Shown here in pieces: positions 26,284 to 36,000 of a stretch of 64,000 nt of DNA (within the stretch, counting starts at the first letter, position 1; each line of letters starts with the position of its first letter). The position numbers and the translations under genes were made by a program. Location: assembly GCA_023419375.1 (NCBI GenBank), contig JAEZYD010000030.1, forward strand, positions 8,800 to 72,799. Direction: 5' to 3'. The notes under the pieces are model-generated. The model ran no database searches. It worked only from the letters and a program-made list of their open reading frames with translations, and had not been told where the DNA came from. This stretch comes from Pseudomonadota bacterium (GTDB lineage Bacteria; Desulfobacterota; Desulfovibrionia; Desulfovibrionales; Desulfovibrionaceae).

Positions 26284-27207
26284 TTAGCGGGCTTCGGCGC
26301 TGAGCAGGAGCATGGTCATGTTTCTGTTCACCTGCATGTGCTTGCAGTGCAAAACCGCAAAGCCAGCCGCAGCCAGATCAAGGCCAAGCTGCTGTTCGTC
26401 AAAGCCAAGCCAGCGGTCGCCGTAGCGGGAACGCATGGTTTCATCGGCATGGCGTTGAAAGTCGGCCACAAAGAGCCTGCCGCCCACGGCCATGATGCGC
26501 CGGATTTCGCGCAGGCCTTCAGCCGGGTCTGAAAGATGGTGCAGCACAAGGTTGATGCAGGCAAAATCCGCCTCATGGTCGCGTAGTGGCAGGTGGCTCA
26601 GTTCGCCAATGCGCAGTGAAACGCGGTTCTCGGCCAGATCCTCCGGCGTAAAGCGTCGGCGGCAGATTTCAAGCATGCGGGCGGAGCCGTCCACGCCAAT
26701 GACGCCTTGCGCCTTGGGCAGCATGCGCGCGAGCACCGCGCCCGTGCCGCAGCCAAGGTCTACAGCCGTGCCGCAGCCGCCAGGCATGGCATCGCAAACG
26801 GCCTCGGCCAGGTCAAAACTGCCAAGAACCTCGCGGTTCAACTCGTCCCAGTCTTCCGCAATGGCGTTAAAGAACTGGCGGGTTTTAAGCGCGCGTTCTT
26901 CAAGGATCTGGGCGGCCATATTGAGGTCTGCCCGCATGGCGGCGTCCGGGTGGACAAAGGGCGTGATGGCGCGCAAGAAATCAAGCTCCTCGCCAGCGCG
27001 CGGCGTGGCATAAAAAACCCACAGGCCATCGCGTCGCGAGGTGAGCAGCCCTGCCTCGGTAAGGATCTTGAGGTGCCGCGAAACACGCGATTGCCCCATA
27101 TCAAGGATGCTGACCAGCTCGTTGACCGAGAGTTCGTAATGCAGCAGAATATGGACCAGCCGCAGGCGAGTTTCGTCCGACAGAGCTTTGAAAAATAAAA
27201 GTGCCAT
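26284..27207 (-). CDS. sahR: ArsR-type HTH fused to a SAM-methyltransferase-like domain; SahR-type regulator of the SAH/methionine cycle
   Basis: The N-terminus is FKALSDETRLRLVHILLHYELSVNELVSILDMGQSRVSRHLKIL (ArsR). The C-terminus is AVDLGCGTG...NLVLHH (class I MTase fold). It sits immediately upstream of ahcY on the same strand, which is the architecture and context described for SahR in Deltaproteobacteria. Confidence 0.8.
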   Translation of the reverse strand: MALLFFKALSDETRLRLVHILLHYELSVNELVSILDMGQSRVSRHLKILTEAGLLTSRRDGLWVFYATPRAGEELDFLRAITPFVHPDAAMRADLNMAAQILEERALKTRQFFNAIAEDWDELNREVLGSFDLAEAVCDAMPGGCGTAVDLGCGTGAVLARMLPKAQGVIGVDGSARMLEICRRRFTPEDLAENRVSLRIGELSHLPLRDHEADFACINLVLHHLSDPAEGLREIRRIMAVGGRLFVADFQRHADETMRSRYGDRWLGFDEQQLGLDLAAAGFAVLHCKHMQVNRNMTMLLLSAEAR

Positions 27208-27226
27208 TATCTGTCCAGGTTCAGTA

Positions 27227-27255
27227 AATCAAATTTGATTGATGTAAGTATCAAT
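27227..27255. promoter_or_regulatory. Overlapping palindromes built from ATCAA/TTGAT half-sites, 20-50 bp upstream of sahR (candidate SahR operator)
   Basis: AATCAAATTTGATT (27227-27240) is a perfect 14-bp palindrome. ATTGAT-N6-ATCAAT lies at 27238-27255. Confidence 0.45.
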
Positions 27256-27363
27256 ATATCAGCATATAGTCAATATGTTCACAACAGGCACAGCCAGAAG
27301 CCCGCGCCCAGCAACACCCGGATCCCAGCCAGAATCGGGATCGCTGCCTGTTTTTAAGGAACG

Positions 27364-27879
27364 ATGATGGCCGTATTCCGCAAACGACAGAAAGACTCTC
27401 AGCCCGTGCACGCCATGGAGGTCATGGCCTCTGTGATGGCTGGGCTTGGCGCGGCCCCCGGCCAGGGGGAAACGCGGGCGCGTTTGCAACAGCTCTGGCT
27501 CAACTGGAGCATGGTCATGGGGCCTGATCTTGCCCCATTGGCGCGGCCCATGGGGCATCATCGGGATGTTCTGCTTATCGGGGCAGAGGATGCCATGCTG
27601 GCGCAAGAGCTGCACCTTATGGCGGGCGAAATGCTGGAGAGGGTCAATGCCTTTATGGAACAACCCTTTTTTAGCGCCATAAAGGTCAGCCTGCTCATGG
27701 GCAAGGCCGGGCTGGACAAGGCCGCAACGCGGAAAAAGGCAAATGAGGATAAGCCAGCGCCCCGGGTACAAGCACCAGAGCCTCTGTGCGCTGATGGAGT
27801 GTATCTGGAGGCAATGGATCCAACATCGCCGGTGGCGCGAGCCTACGCGCGCTTTATTCGGCGGCGACGCGCACGCTGA
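27364..27879 (+). CDS. DUF721 (DciA-like) protein
   Basis: The 171-aa ORF has LQQLWLNWSMVMGPDLAPLARPMGHHRDVLLIGAEDAMLAQELHLMAGEMLERVN, matching the W..vvG..la..t.p..l..g.L.v.v.s...a.eL pattern of DUF721. Confidence 0.6.
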   Translation: MMAVFRKRQKDSQPVHAMEVMASVMAGLGAAPGQGETRARLQQLWLNWSMVMGPDLAPLARPMGHHRDVLLIGAEDAMLAQELHLMAGEMLERVNAFMEQPFFSAIKVSLLMGKAGLDKAATRKKANEDKPAPRVQAPEPLCADGVYLEAMDPTSPVARAYARFIRRRRAR

Positions 27880-28230
27880 GCAGCCGACGGTCAGTCCGGC
27901 AGGGAGCCGCAACCGCAATGCGTGTTGCAAACAACGAGCGCTCCGGACAGAAAAAACAGCCCATGGGTACCCTTGCATTCCCCTTCCGGCTTTATTCGTG
28001 TCTGGTACGGCTTTCCATTTTCTTTAGGGTGAACCGCAAAAGAAAACATATCTTTTTTAAGTATACATATTGGCGTGTTATGAATTTTAACGGCACTTTG
28101 TGCATGCGATTTTGTTGTTCGCTTGCTGCGCTTTATTGACAACGCTTCTGGTGCGGTGCTAGTTTTCCCCAACGCTAACTGGGGATTTTTGTGGCCATTG
28201 TTTGGTGGTCTGAGCCTGCGGAGGGAATGA

Positions 28231-28608
28231 ATGGACGTGCAGAAAACCATGGAAGACATTTGCCTGAAACAGGACAACGGCTGCGATTTTGCTTTTTGCG
28301 GTCGCCTTTTTTCGGAATGTTCCTGGTATGACGAATCGCTTGGCACACTTACCCGCCAAAAGCTGTATGTGACCGAAAGCAATGAACAGATCTATTACAT
28401 TGTCCGTTCCAGCGGGCAGGAGCGCAGCCGTCACGCCTACAAGCTGTTCATGCGCGGCGATGTCTGCGTGATCCATAACGGCGTGACCGAAATGGCCCTC
28501 CAGTTTGACATGCTCATGCTGGCAGTGCGCGGCCTGTGCGGCCTTGATTCTGGCGCGACGCCTTCTCTTTCTATGGTTGAAGAGATGCTTAAGGCAGCCA
28601 ATGCCTGA
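28231..28608 (+). CDS. Hypothetical 125-aa protein (orphan, lower-GC surroundings)
   Basis: GGAGG lies 8 nt upstream of the ATG. The sequence is plausible for a protein and has its own downstream terminator. I recognise no family. Confidence 0.5.
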   Translation: MDVQKTMEDICLKQDNGCDFAFCGRLFSECSWYDESLGTLTRQKLYVTESNEQIYYIVRSSGQERSRHAYKLFMRGDVCVIHNGVTEMALQFDMLMLAVRGLCGLDSGATPSLSMVEEMLKAANA

Positions 28609-28669
28609 TTTTTCCATATAGCCGCAGTCACCGTGTATGCGTTGGCGGCAGCAACCTCCACATGAAACG

Positions 28670-28692
28670 GCCCTCTTTGCGAGGGCTTTTTC
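28670..28692 (+). terminator. Short intrinsic terminator after the 125-aa ORF
   Basis: GCCCTC pairs with GAGGGC, followed by TTTTTCATTTTC. Confidence 0.5.
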
Positions 28693-28876
28693 ATTTTCTG
28701 CAGCCTTCAACTTTTTGCAACCTGCTGGTCATATTCACTGCATGCCGCTTTTCAGGGCAGACAATCGTTGAAAGAGCCGGGCAAGTCCTTTATTCTGGCA
28801 AACAATACGAAGTATCTGAGTGGCGTCCGGCATGCTTTTCTGCGTGCCGCCAATCCAACAAGCCAGCGAGGCAGAC

Positions 28877-29281
28877 ATGAGCAATACTATTACGCCCGGC
28901 ATGAACGGCACGGCAGAAACCACGGTTACCGAGGCCATGCTTGCAAGCACGGTGGGCAGTGGCAAGGTCAGCGTGTTTTCCACTGCCATGATGGTGGCCT
29001 GGATGGAAGGCACGGCCGTGGATGTGGCGCAGCCGCACCTGGAAGAAGGGCAGACGACCGTGGGAACCGGCATCAGCGTCAGCCATGTGGCAGCTACCCC
29101 TCTGGGAATGAAGGTGCGCTTTACCGCGGAAGTGACTGCGGTTTCCCCCAATGGCAAAGGTTTGAGTTTCAAGGTGGCTGCCTATGACGAAGCCGGGCTG
29201 ATCGGCGAGGGCTCCCACGAACGCGTGGTTGTGAACAAGGATAAATTTGAGAGCAGAACCCGGGACAAGGCAAAAGCCTGA
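28877..29281 (+). CDS. Hotdog-fold thioesterase family protein (FlK/YbgC-like)
   Basis: I used internal ATG 28877 (MSNTITPG), giving 134 aa. Motifs are LASTVGSGKVSVFSTAMMVAWME, TTVGTGISVSHVAATPLG and GEGSHERVVV. Confidence 0.65.
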   Translation: MSNTITPGMNGTAETTVTEAMLASTVGSGKVSVFSTAMMVAWMEGTAVDVAQPHLEEGQTTVGTGISVSHVAATPLGMKVRFTAEVTAVSPNGKGLSFKVAAYDEAGLIGEGSHERVVVNKDKFESRTRDKAKA

Positions 29282-29382
29282 TTAAGAACCCTCCGTGCGG
29301 AATTTCAGCGGCACTGGCATATGGGCTTTTGCGTAAAAACACAGTAAACTACTCTCGTCTATGCAACCCTTAAGGAGTAGTT

Positions 29383-29925
29383 ATGGGCAATCTTACCTTT
29401 GTCGGCATATCGGGCAGTCTGCGCAAGGCTTCGCGCAATACCGGGCTTTTGCGGTGCTGCGCAGCGCATCTTCCTCAGGGTGTAAGCCTTGAAATTGCAG
29501 ATATTTCCGCTCTGCCGTTCTACAATGCGGATATTGAAAAACCCGCTGTGGTGCAGCGCCTCATTGATCAGGTGAGCGCAGCGGACGGGCTGGTTCTGGC
29601 CTGCCCCGAATACAACTATTCTCTTGCTCCCGCGCTGAAAAACGCGTTGGACTGGCTCTCGCGCGAGCCCGACCTCGCGCCCCTTACAGGCAAAACCGCC
29701 TGCATCGTGGGTGCTGGCGGCGGCATGGGCACATCGCGGGCGCAGTACCATCTGCGTCAGGTGTGCGTGTATCTGAATTTGCATGTGCTGAACAAGCCTG
29801 AGCTTTTTTCCAACGCTTTCACACCTGCCTTTGCCGATAACGGCGATGTGCAGGACGAAGCCCTTGCGAGTCAGGCAACGGCCCTCATGCAGGCCATGAC
29901 CGACTGGACGCAAAGGCTGAAGTAG
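29383..29925 (+). CDS. NAD(P)H-dependent FMN reductase family oxidoreductase
   Basis: The 180-aa ORF has GISGSLRKASRNT and ACPEYNYSLAPALKNALDWLS. AAGGAG lies upstream. Confidence 0.85.
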   Translation: MGNLTFVGISGSLRKASRNTGLLRCCAAHLPQGVSLEIADISALPFYNADIEKPAVVQRLIDQVSAADGLVLACPEYNYSLAPALKNALDWLSREPDLAPLTGKTACIVGAGGGMGTSRAQYHLRQVCVYLNLHVLNKPELFSNAFTPAFADNGDVQDEALASQATALMQAMTDWTQRLK

Positions 29926-30008
29926 CCCCCTGATCTGCCAGCCCCGTGGAAAGGCCGCTGTTTCGGCAGTGGCTTTCTGCGGGGCCGCTCGTTGGCGAGG
30001 AGTGGAAA

Positions 30009-30623
30009 ATGGCTGCCTGTCAGGGAAAAGACGTACAGCGCTTGCGGTACCAGAACCACCGGTTTGAGCGTATGCCGGGCATGAGTCTGCTGCTGGACGC
30101 GTTTGCCCTGGTGGATTGCGGTGTGGCGGAGTCCATGGCGCTCCACGAGGAGCCGTCCGCCTGCGGGCCCGATTGCTGCCAATGCTGCATCCAGCCCATC
30201 CCGGCGACCCCACTGGAAATTCTGGCTTTGCGCCTTTACGCGGAGCTGGAGCTTCCCCCCGCCCGGCGGGAGGCGCTCAAAGCAACCTTTGCGCTATTCC
30301 ACGGTAAGCGGGCAACTCTTGGGGATGCCTGTCCTTTCCTGCTGGAGAAGAGCTGCGGCGTTTATCCTGTGCGCCCCATTGCGTGCAGGCGCTATGTTGT
30401 TTTCAGCCAGCCGTGTAAAGCGGGAGAGGATGCCATCCAGACCCGGCCTGCTGATGTGCTGCATCCGCGCCAGGATACCATGCAGGCTGCCTTGCGGCTC
30501 ACACTGCCCTGGTATCGGGAGCGGTACCTCCTGCCCGAACCCATTACGGCGGAAGAGGCACAGGCTTTCTTCCGCGATGTCACCACGGTCTTGCAGGCTG
30601 TGCCCTGGGCACAATACGCCTAG
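30009..30623 (+). CDS. YkgJ-family cysteine-cluster (putative Zn/Fe-chelating, CxxCxxCC) protein
   Basis: Motifs are ACGPDCCQCC and CPFLLEKSCGVYPVRPIACRRY. I preferred ATG 30009 (GAGGAG 6 nt upstream) over the GTG at 29946. Confidence 0.7.
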   Translation: MAACQGKDVQRLRYQNHRFERMPGMSLLLDAFALVDCGVAESMALHEEPSACGPDCCQCCIQPIPATPLEILALRLYAELELPPARREALKATFALFHGKRATLGDACPFLLEKSCGVYPVRPIACRRYVVFSQPCKAGEDAIQTRPADVLHPRQDTMQAALRLTLPWYRERYLLPEPITAEEAQAFFRDVTTVLQAVPWAQYA

Positions 30624-30742
30624 CCCCGCCGATTCAAACTGACCGACAAACCACGCCAGCTCAAACCCGCCAACCAGCTCAGGCTAGCCAGCCCCTCCGC
30701 GATCGGCTCCTGCGCCTGCGTGCATTTTTAACATCCGGATGG

Positions 30743-32887
30743 TCAGGGTTTTGACAGCTCAAGCTGGAGCAGGGGGCCGTTGTTCAGGCTCACAAAAAGG
30801 CCACGAGGCGCACTGACCGCCTGGCTCACCGGCACAGCCAGATATTCTCCGACCTTCCAGCCTTCAGCATTGAAAAGGATTCGTTCGCCTGCCAGCGCGG
30901 TCAGTATTTGCAGATAGGCAGAGCCTCCGGCGGCGTTGTCTGCGAGCATCTGCCGCTCCAGAAGATGTGATGCCGCCAGCTCTTGCAGGAATACGGGCAT
31001 AAGCCTGCGCCAGTCCGTTTTGTTGAGACGCAAAACCGCAATGCGTTCAATTTTTGAAATATCCTGCCCGTGCAGCACCAGCCACAAATCGCTGAACGTG
31101 GTGGTGGCCGCTGTGGGCTGCGCGTTTGCCGGCGCCCCATTGGCGCGCACCAGCCACGCAGCGTCAATTCCCGCATCATGCACGGCCTGCGGTACGCCCA
31201 GCGTTACGGGCTTTTGCGCGGCCATGTCCGCAGGTGCTTCCAGCGCCGCCACAGCTGCGGAAGGCACGGGCGGAGCGCTGTATACACCGCCAAGGCCTAG
31301 CATCCAGGCCGCCCAGAGGTTGGGCCATGTCTCTGGCTGCGCGGGCAAGGCCTCATCCATTTGCACTGGAAAGACCGTCGCCGGAATGCTGCGCTGCACC
31401 ACAGGCAGAGGCAGATTCGGTTCAATGGCCCGTTTGCGTGCGCCTGGCCGGTAGATTTCGCCAAGCAGGCCGAATCGCGGCGGCGCGTCCTTTGGTTGGG
31501 CGGCATCGCCCAGGGCCTGCAGCGTGTTGTAGCGCTCTTGCAATTGCAGCCCCAGGTGGAGCATGCCGCCGTTGGCGGCATTGGTCATGGTGTTGCGCCA
31601 GTTGGAGCTGCTGACAAGCATGACCAGCAGTGGGATGAGCAGTGCAGCCATGAGCGCCCTTTGAAACAGGCGCGCCAAGGCGTGTTCCACTGCTGGAAAG
31701 GCGTTCAGCAAGCCCCAGAGGGCAAAGCCGCAGGCATAGGCTGAAAAAAGGGTCAGGCCTGCAGGCAGTTTGCCAGTGGAGCTGATGGTCACATCGCTGA
31801 GGGCATGCAGCACTGTGAGCAGGGCTGAAAGCCCCAGATACGCGGCTATTGCCAAAACTGCCATCAGCAATCCGGAACGCGCCGCCCCTCTGGCAAGGGC
31901 CGGGCATTGCCCGCGCATGCCGCGCAGCACAAGCACCAGCAGCAGAACAGCCCACGGCCACAGCCCGTCAAAAAACCAAAAAGCCACCTTCCGCCATTCG
32001 TCAAAAGCTGCGGCAAGCTGGCGCAGCTGTACGTCAGTGCCAATATGGCGGGCCGCCCTGCGCACCTGATTGCCCGGAGCAAGAAAGGAAAACAGCAAAG
32101 CTCCGAAAACCCATAGCCACAGAACACCCATATGACGCAGGCGGGTGCGGGCGTTTTGTGCGGCATCGGGTTCCGTCTCTCTGCTCGTAAAGCGATCCGC
32201 AAGGGCCAGCAGAACAGCAACCGTGCATGCCGCCAAAGCCGCCAGCGCCGAATGCTCAAACACGCCCACGGTCAGTACACCCACAATGCTGGCCTGACGC
32301 CGGGCCTTGCGGGCCACGGCTGCCGGAGCGGCCCAGAGGCGGCAGAGCATCCACAGAAAAACAAGGGCCATGGCCTGCAAAAGGCCCATGGTGAGCGCAT
32401 CTGTCAGCAGGTAGAAGTTGGGCAGGCTCTGATGACCGGCAAAAACCATCAGCACGCCCAGCAATCCACAAAAAGCAGCAGGGCCGCGCCGTATGTTTAC
32501 CACCCGCGCAAGGCCGAACAGGCCAAGGCCGAACAACGCAGCCACGCCCGCGCATACAAGCCCGTACAAGGGGCGGATTTCCCCGGCTTTGCCCAGAAAA
32601 ACCGCCAGAAAGTGGTATGTGTAGCGTCCGCTCCAGGTCAGCCATTCGCGGGCAACTTCATACAAGCCGCCGGGCAGATCAAAGGGAACCATGGCTCGGG
32701 TGACTTCATCAAAGTCATCCCCACGCGGGAACAGAAAGCCGAAGGCATAGGCAAAGGGCAGCAGCAGAGCCACAACCGCCACCCACCATCCCCAACCGGG
32801 AGCAGGCAAGGTAAAAGTATCCGTCTTAAATTCAGGGGCCGGGGATTTACCGCCGTGTGCGGGGCAGGAATCGGCAGGGTGCGCCAT
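30743..32887 (-). CDS. Large polytopic membrane protein (714 aa) with a C-terminal soluble domain; possibly GT-C-fold glycosyltransferase-like
   Basis: There are about 12 hydrophobic helices in the first 470 aa or so. The acidic first-loop motif PRGDDFDE...YEVAREWLTWSGRY is reminiscent of ArnT/PMT-type GT-C enzymes. I recognise nothing in the C-terminal domain of about 240 aa. Confidence 0.55.
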   Translation of the reverse strand: MAHPADSCPAHGGKSPAPEFKTDTFTLPAPGWGWWVAVVALLLPFAYAFGFLFPRGDDFDEVTRAMVPFDLPGGLYEVAREWLTWSGRYTYHFLAVFLGKAGEIRPLYGLVCAGVAALFGLGLFGLARVVNIRRGPAAFCGLLGVLMVFAGHQSLPNFYLLTDALTMGLLQAMALVFLWMLCRLWAAPAAVARKARRQASIVGVLTVGVFEHSALAALAACTVAVLLALADRFTSRETEPDAAQNARTRLRHMGVLWLWVFGALLFSFLAPGNQVRRAARHIGTDVQLRQLAAAFDEWRKVAFWFFDGLWPWAVLLLVLVLRGMRGQCPALARGAARSGLLMAVLAIAAYLGLSALLTVLHALSDVTISSTGKLPAGLTLFSAYACGFALWGLLNAFPAVEHALARLFQRALMAALLIPLLVMLVSSSNWRNTMTNAANGGMLHLGLQLQERYNTLQALGDAAQPKDAPPRFGLLGEIYRPGARKRAIEPNLPLPVVQRSIPATVFPVQMDEALPAQPETWPNLWAAWMLGLGGVYSAPPVPSAAVAALEAPADMAAQKPVTLGVPQAVHDAGIDAAWLVRANGAPANAQPTAATTTFSDLWLVLHGQDISKIERIAVLRLNKTDWRRLMPVFLQELAASHLLERQMLADNAAGGSAYLQILTALAGERILFNAEGWKVGEYLAVPVSQAVSAPRGLFVSLNNGPLLQLELSKP

Positions 32888-33022
32888 ATGCTGACAGACC
32901 TTGTGTTTGCGCGGGAGGCCCCGTAACCGGAACCCCCCGCGCTGTATTTTGGGAATGTATGCTGGCCTTGCCAGAAACAGGAAGCCGAGCCTGCATGTGC
33001 AGGCCGCCTGATGACAAGGCTG

Positions 33023-36000
33023 TTATTTTACGTCAATAACGCGCACTTCGCCGCGCATTTCGTTGACCTTTTTGCGGAAGGTCTGGCGGCGGTCTTCACC
33101 ATCCACCTGACCTGCCAGCCATTCAACCACGTGCATGACAGGGCGTTTGTCGCGCATGTTGATGAGGCAGCGGCCAATACCGATCTTGCACGAGGGGCAG
33201 CCCACAATTACGGGGCCGTCATTGCCCTGTTCAAAGGCTTCGCCAAGACGCGTCTGCTTGCGCGAGCGCAGCAGGTTGTAGATGTCGGGCGAGGTCATGG
33301 CGCCCATGCCCGATTCGCCGCAGCAGCCGGGGTTGAGCGTGATCTTGGCGCCGCTGAAGTCGCCCAGCGCCTTGATGATCTGCTTTTGCCCCTTGATCTT
33401 GTGCACATCGGCCCATTCGCAGTGGCATGCGCCGTGGTACAGCACCTTGGAGCCTTCCGGCAGGGGAGCCTTGAGCTTGTCCTTGTCCAGCAGGGGCAGG
33501 GTAAGCTGGCCCACATCGCGCAGGGTCAACTGCGGGAACTGTGCTTCCATGTGCAGGCGTTCAAGGCCGTCACGGCACGAGCCGCAGGCTGTGACCATAT
33601 GCTTGCAGTCAAAGCCCAGTTTGGCAAGATTGCGCAGCATGGAGGCCAGATACTGCCGGTTCTGGGCCATGTTGTCTTCAAAGGCCGTATCCATGCCAGC
33701 AGCCAGCAAGGGGAAGCCGCAGCACATGTGCCGGGGCGGCACGGCTACGGCAAAGCTGGCCTTGAGCAGCAGCATGATGGACGAAACGCCGATGCGGTCA
33801 TAGAACAGCGCGCCGCCGCAACCGGGGAAGTACAGGACGCAGGGCATGCCCGGCGTTGGCTCGGCAGGCGCAAAAATGGAACCCCTGTGCAGCTTGAGGG
33901 TTTCATACAGGTTCGTGTAGCCCATCTTGGGGCCGCGGCCGGAAAAGAGCGGACTCTTCAGGCGGCGTTTCCACATATCAGGCACGAAACCAAGAAACTT
34001 GTTCTGCATCTTTTGCCCGAGCGAGGCCATTTTGGCCGCCTTGGGCACACGGTGCTGAATGTCGCGCGAGAGCCACTCGAGGGCATGCCCCTTGATGGGG
34101 TGCCCGCCAGCGCCTTCGTGTTCCAGCAGGGCGCGCAGGGTAAGGGCCACCTCGCCCGAGGGAATCTTGACCGGGCAGTTGGCCATGCAGCGGCCACAGG
34201 CGGTGCAGTGCTCCACAATATCGCGCAGGGCCTTGTGCAGGCTCTCCTCGATGCGGCCCTTGTTGACCTGGCTGTAGTACACGGCCTCCAGCAACATGCC
34301 CAGCACCATGTTCTTGTTGCGGGGATGGTACTGCATGGAGCGCTCGGGATAGCACATGGAACAGACCTGCTTGCACTTGCCGCAGCGTGTGCAGACCTGA
34401 ATGGAGGTGAGCAGGCTGATGAGCTTTTCCTTGTCGGGCAGGCCGCTTTCGCGAATATCACGGATCAGGCGGTTGAACGAGAAGGTAAAGGGGCGCACCG
34501 GCAGTTCACGGAAAACCAGCTTGGCCGGGTTCATCACATCGCGTGGGTCCACGCGCTCCTTGAAGGAGCGCAGGGCGTCCATCTTGTCCTTGCCGAAAAA
34601 GGCAATCTTGGTGATGCCGATGCCGTGCTCGCCCGAAACCTCGCCGCCCATCTCCTGGCACTCGGCCATGATGCGGGCTGCGGTTTCTTCCGCTTCTTCA
34701 AGCATGTGGGCATCGTTGGAGTTCACAGGGATGTTCACGTGGCAGTTGCCGTCGCCTGCGTGCATGTGGCTGGCAACCACAATGCGGCTGGCATCCATGT
34801 ACTCCCTGATCTTGTCGATCTTTTTGGCAAGATGTGGGTATTTTTCCTTGAGCTTGGCAAGAAAATCTTCTGCGCGGGCGGCCAGTTCCATATCCGAAAT
34901 TTCGGTGGCGGCAACATCGCCCGAGGCAGCCTTGGAGGCCTGCGAAAACTCGCGGTTAAAGTCCTTGTCTTCCATGGGGAAGCCCGGCAGACGCCCCACT
35001 TCCTGCAAGGCGTAACGGTAGGAGGCCGCCGTGCATTCCAGGTTGATCTGCTCGAGGAACAGCGCAAAGTCGGGGATGCGGTCCATGGGGATGACCACGT
35101 CCTCGTTCATCTTGAAGCCCGAGGTGCGCTTGGCGATGGCCGAGAGCCTGTGGCGGTCTTCCCAGAAGCGTTCGCCTTCCTTTTCATCAGCGGCAACGAT
35201 GATGTCCACGTTGTCCTGCTGTTCCACAACGCTCACGATGTCGCCCACGCACTTGTCAAGCAGGTAGGGATCGTCGCCATCGACCTGAAGGATGATGACC
35301 GAAATGGGCGAGCCTTCGTATTTCTCGGACTTGCGCTTGTATTCGATGGCCTGCACGTACTTGGCGTTGAATTCTTCCATGGCCGACAGGTGGGCGTAGT
35401 CGCCTTCCTGCCGGATGCGGTTGCGCAGAGCCACCAGCTCGCGCACCACCACTGCGGCGGGGTGCATGGAGCGGCCAAAGAATTCAAGCACCATGACGCG
35501 GCTGTGCTTGGGCTTGGGGTGAACAATAAAGCAGGCTTCGGTAATGATGCCGTCCACGCCTTCTTTCTGCATGCCCGGCAGGCCGCCCAACACCTTGTTG
35601 GTCACGTCCTTGCCAAGGCCCGGCAAGCGGATTTCGTCGCCGCGCAGGTGCACCACGTTGCGCACGCCGCCGCTCACGTCCTTGACCACAAAGACGGCGG
35701 TTTCGTCAGGCAGGATCTTATGGCGGGGGTGGTTTTCACGCTCAACGGTGATGATTTCACCCGTGGGCGTGACCATGCGCCACCACAGCAGGTTATCCAG
35801 CGTTGTGCCGTATTCAAAGGCGCTGGGGCCGCCCGCGTTTTCAGAGATGTTGCCGCCGATGGTCGAGGCCTGCTTGGACGCAGGATCAACGGAAAACAGC
35901 GCGCCCTCGGCGTCCACCGCGTTGATGACAGCCTGGGTGATGGCCCCGGCCTGACAGGTGACTGTCATGGCTTCAAGGTCAACAGGCCCGATGCGCGTCA

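Noticed and set aside
24722-26287. 521-aa plus-strand ORF
   Set aside because: It is antisense to ahcY, which is unmistakable. This is a shadow ORF.
27888-27948. SRP (4.5S) RNA-like motif GGTCAGTCCGGCAGGGAGC with a GNRA loop just after the DUF721 gene
   Set aside because: Only a partial resemblance to the conserved GGUCAGGUCCGGAAGGAAGCAGCC helix-8 sequence. The flanking sequence instead folds into a different long hairpin (GTCCG..GAGC pairing with GCTC-CGGAC, 27894-27948) and lacks the extended 5-prime/3-prime pairing of 4.5S RNA. It is probably just a structured spacer. It is not a terminator either, because an A run rather than a T run follows.
28159-28710. 183-aa minus-strand ORF overlapping the 125-aa plus-strand ORF
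   Set aside because: Its translation is Arg/His-rich with no SD. The plus-strand frame has a good SD and a downstream terminator, so I preferred it.
28726-28742. Sigma-54-like TGGTCA-N-TGCA element upstream of the thioesterase gene
   Set aside because: The GG-to-GC spacing is one nucleotide too long and the -24 box is poor (TGGTCA versus TGGCAC).
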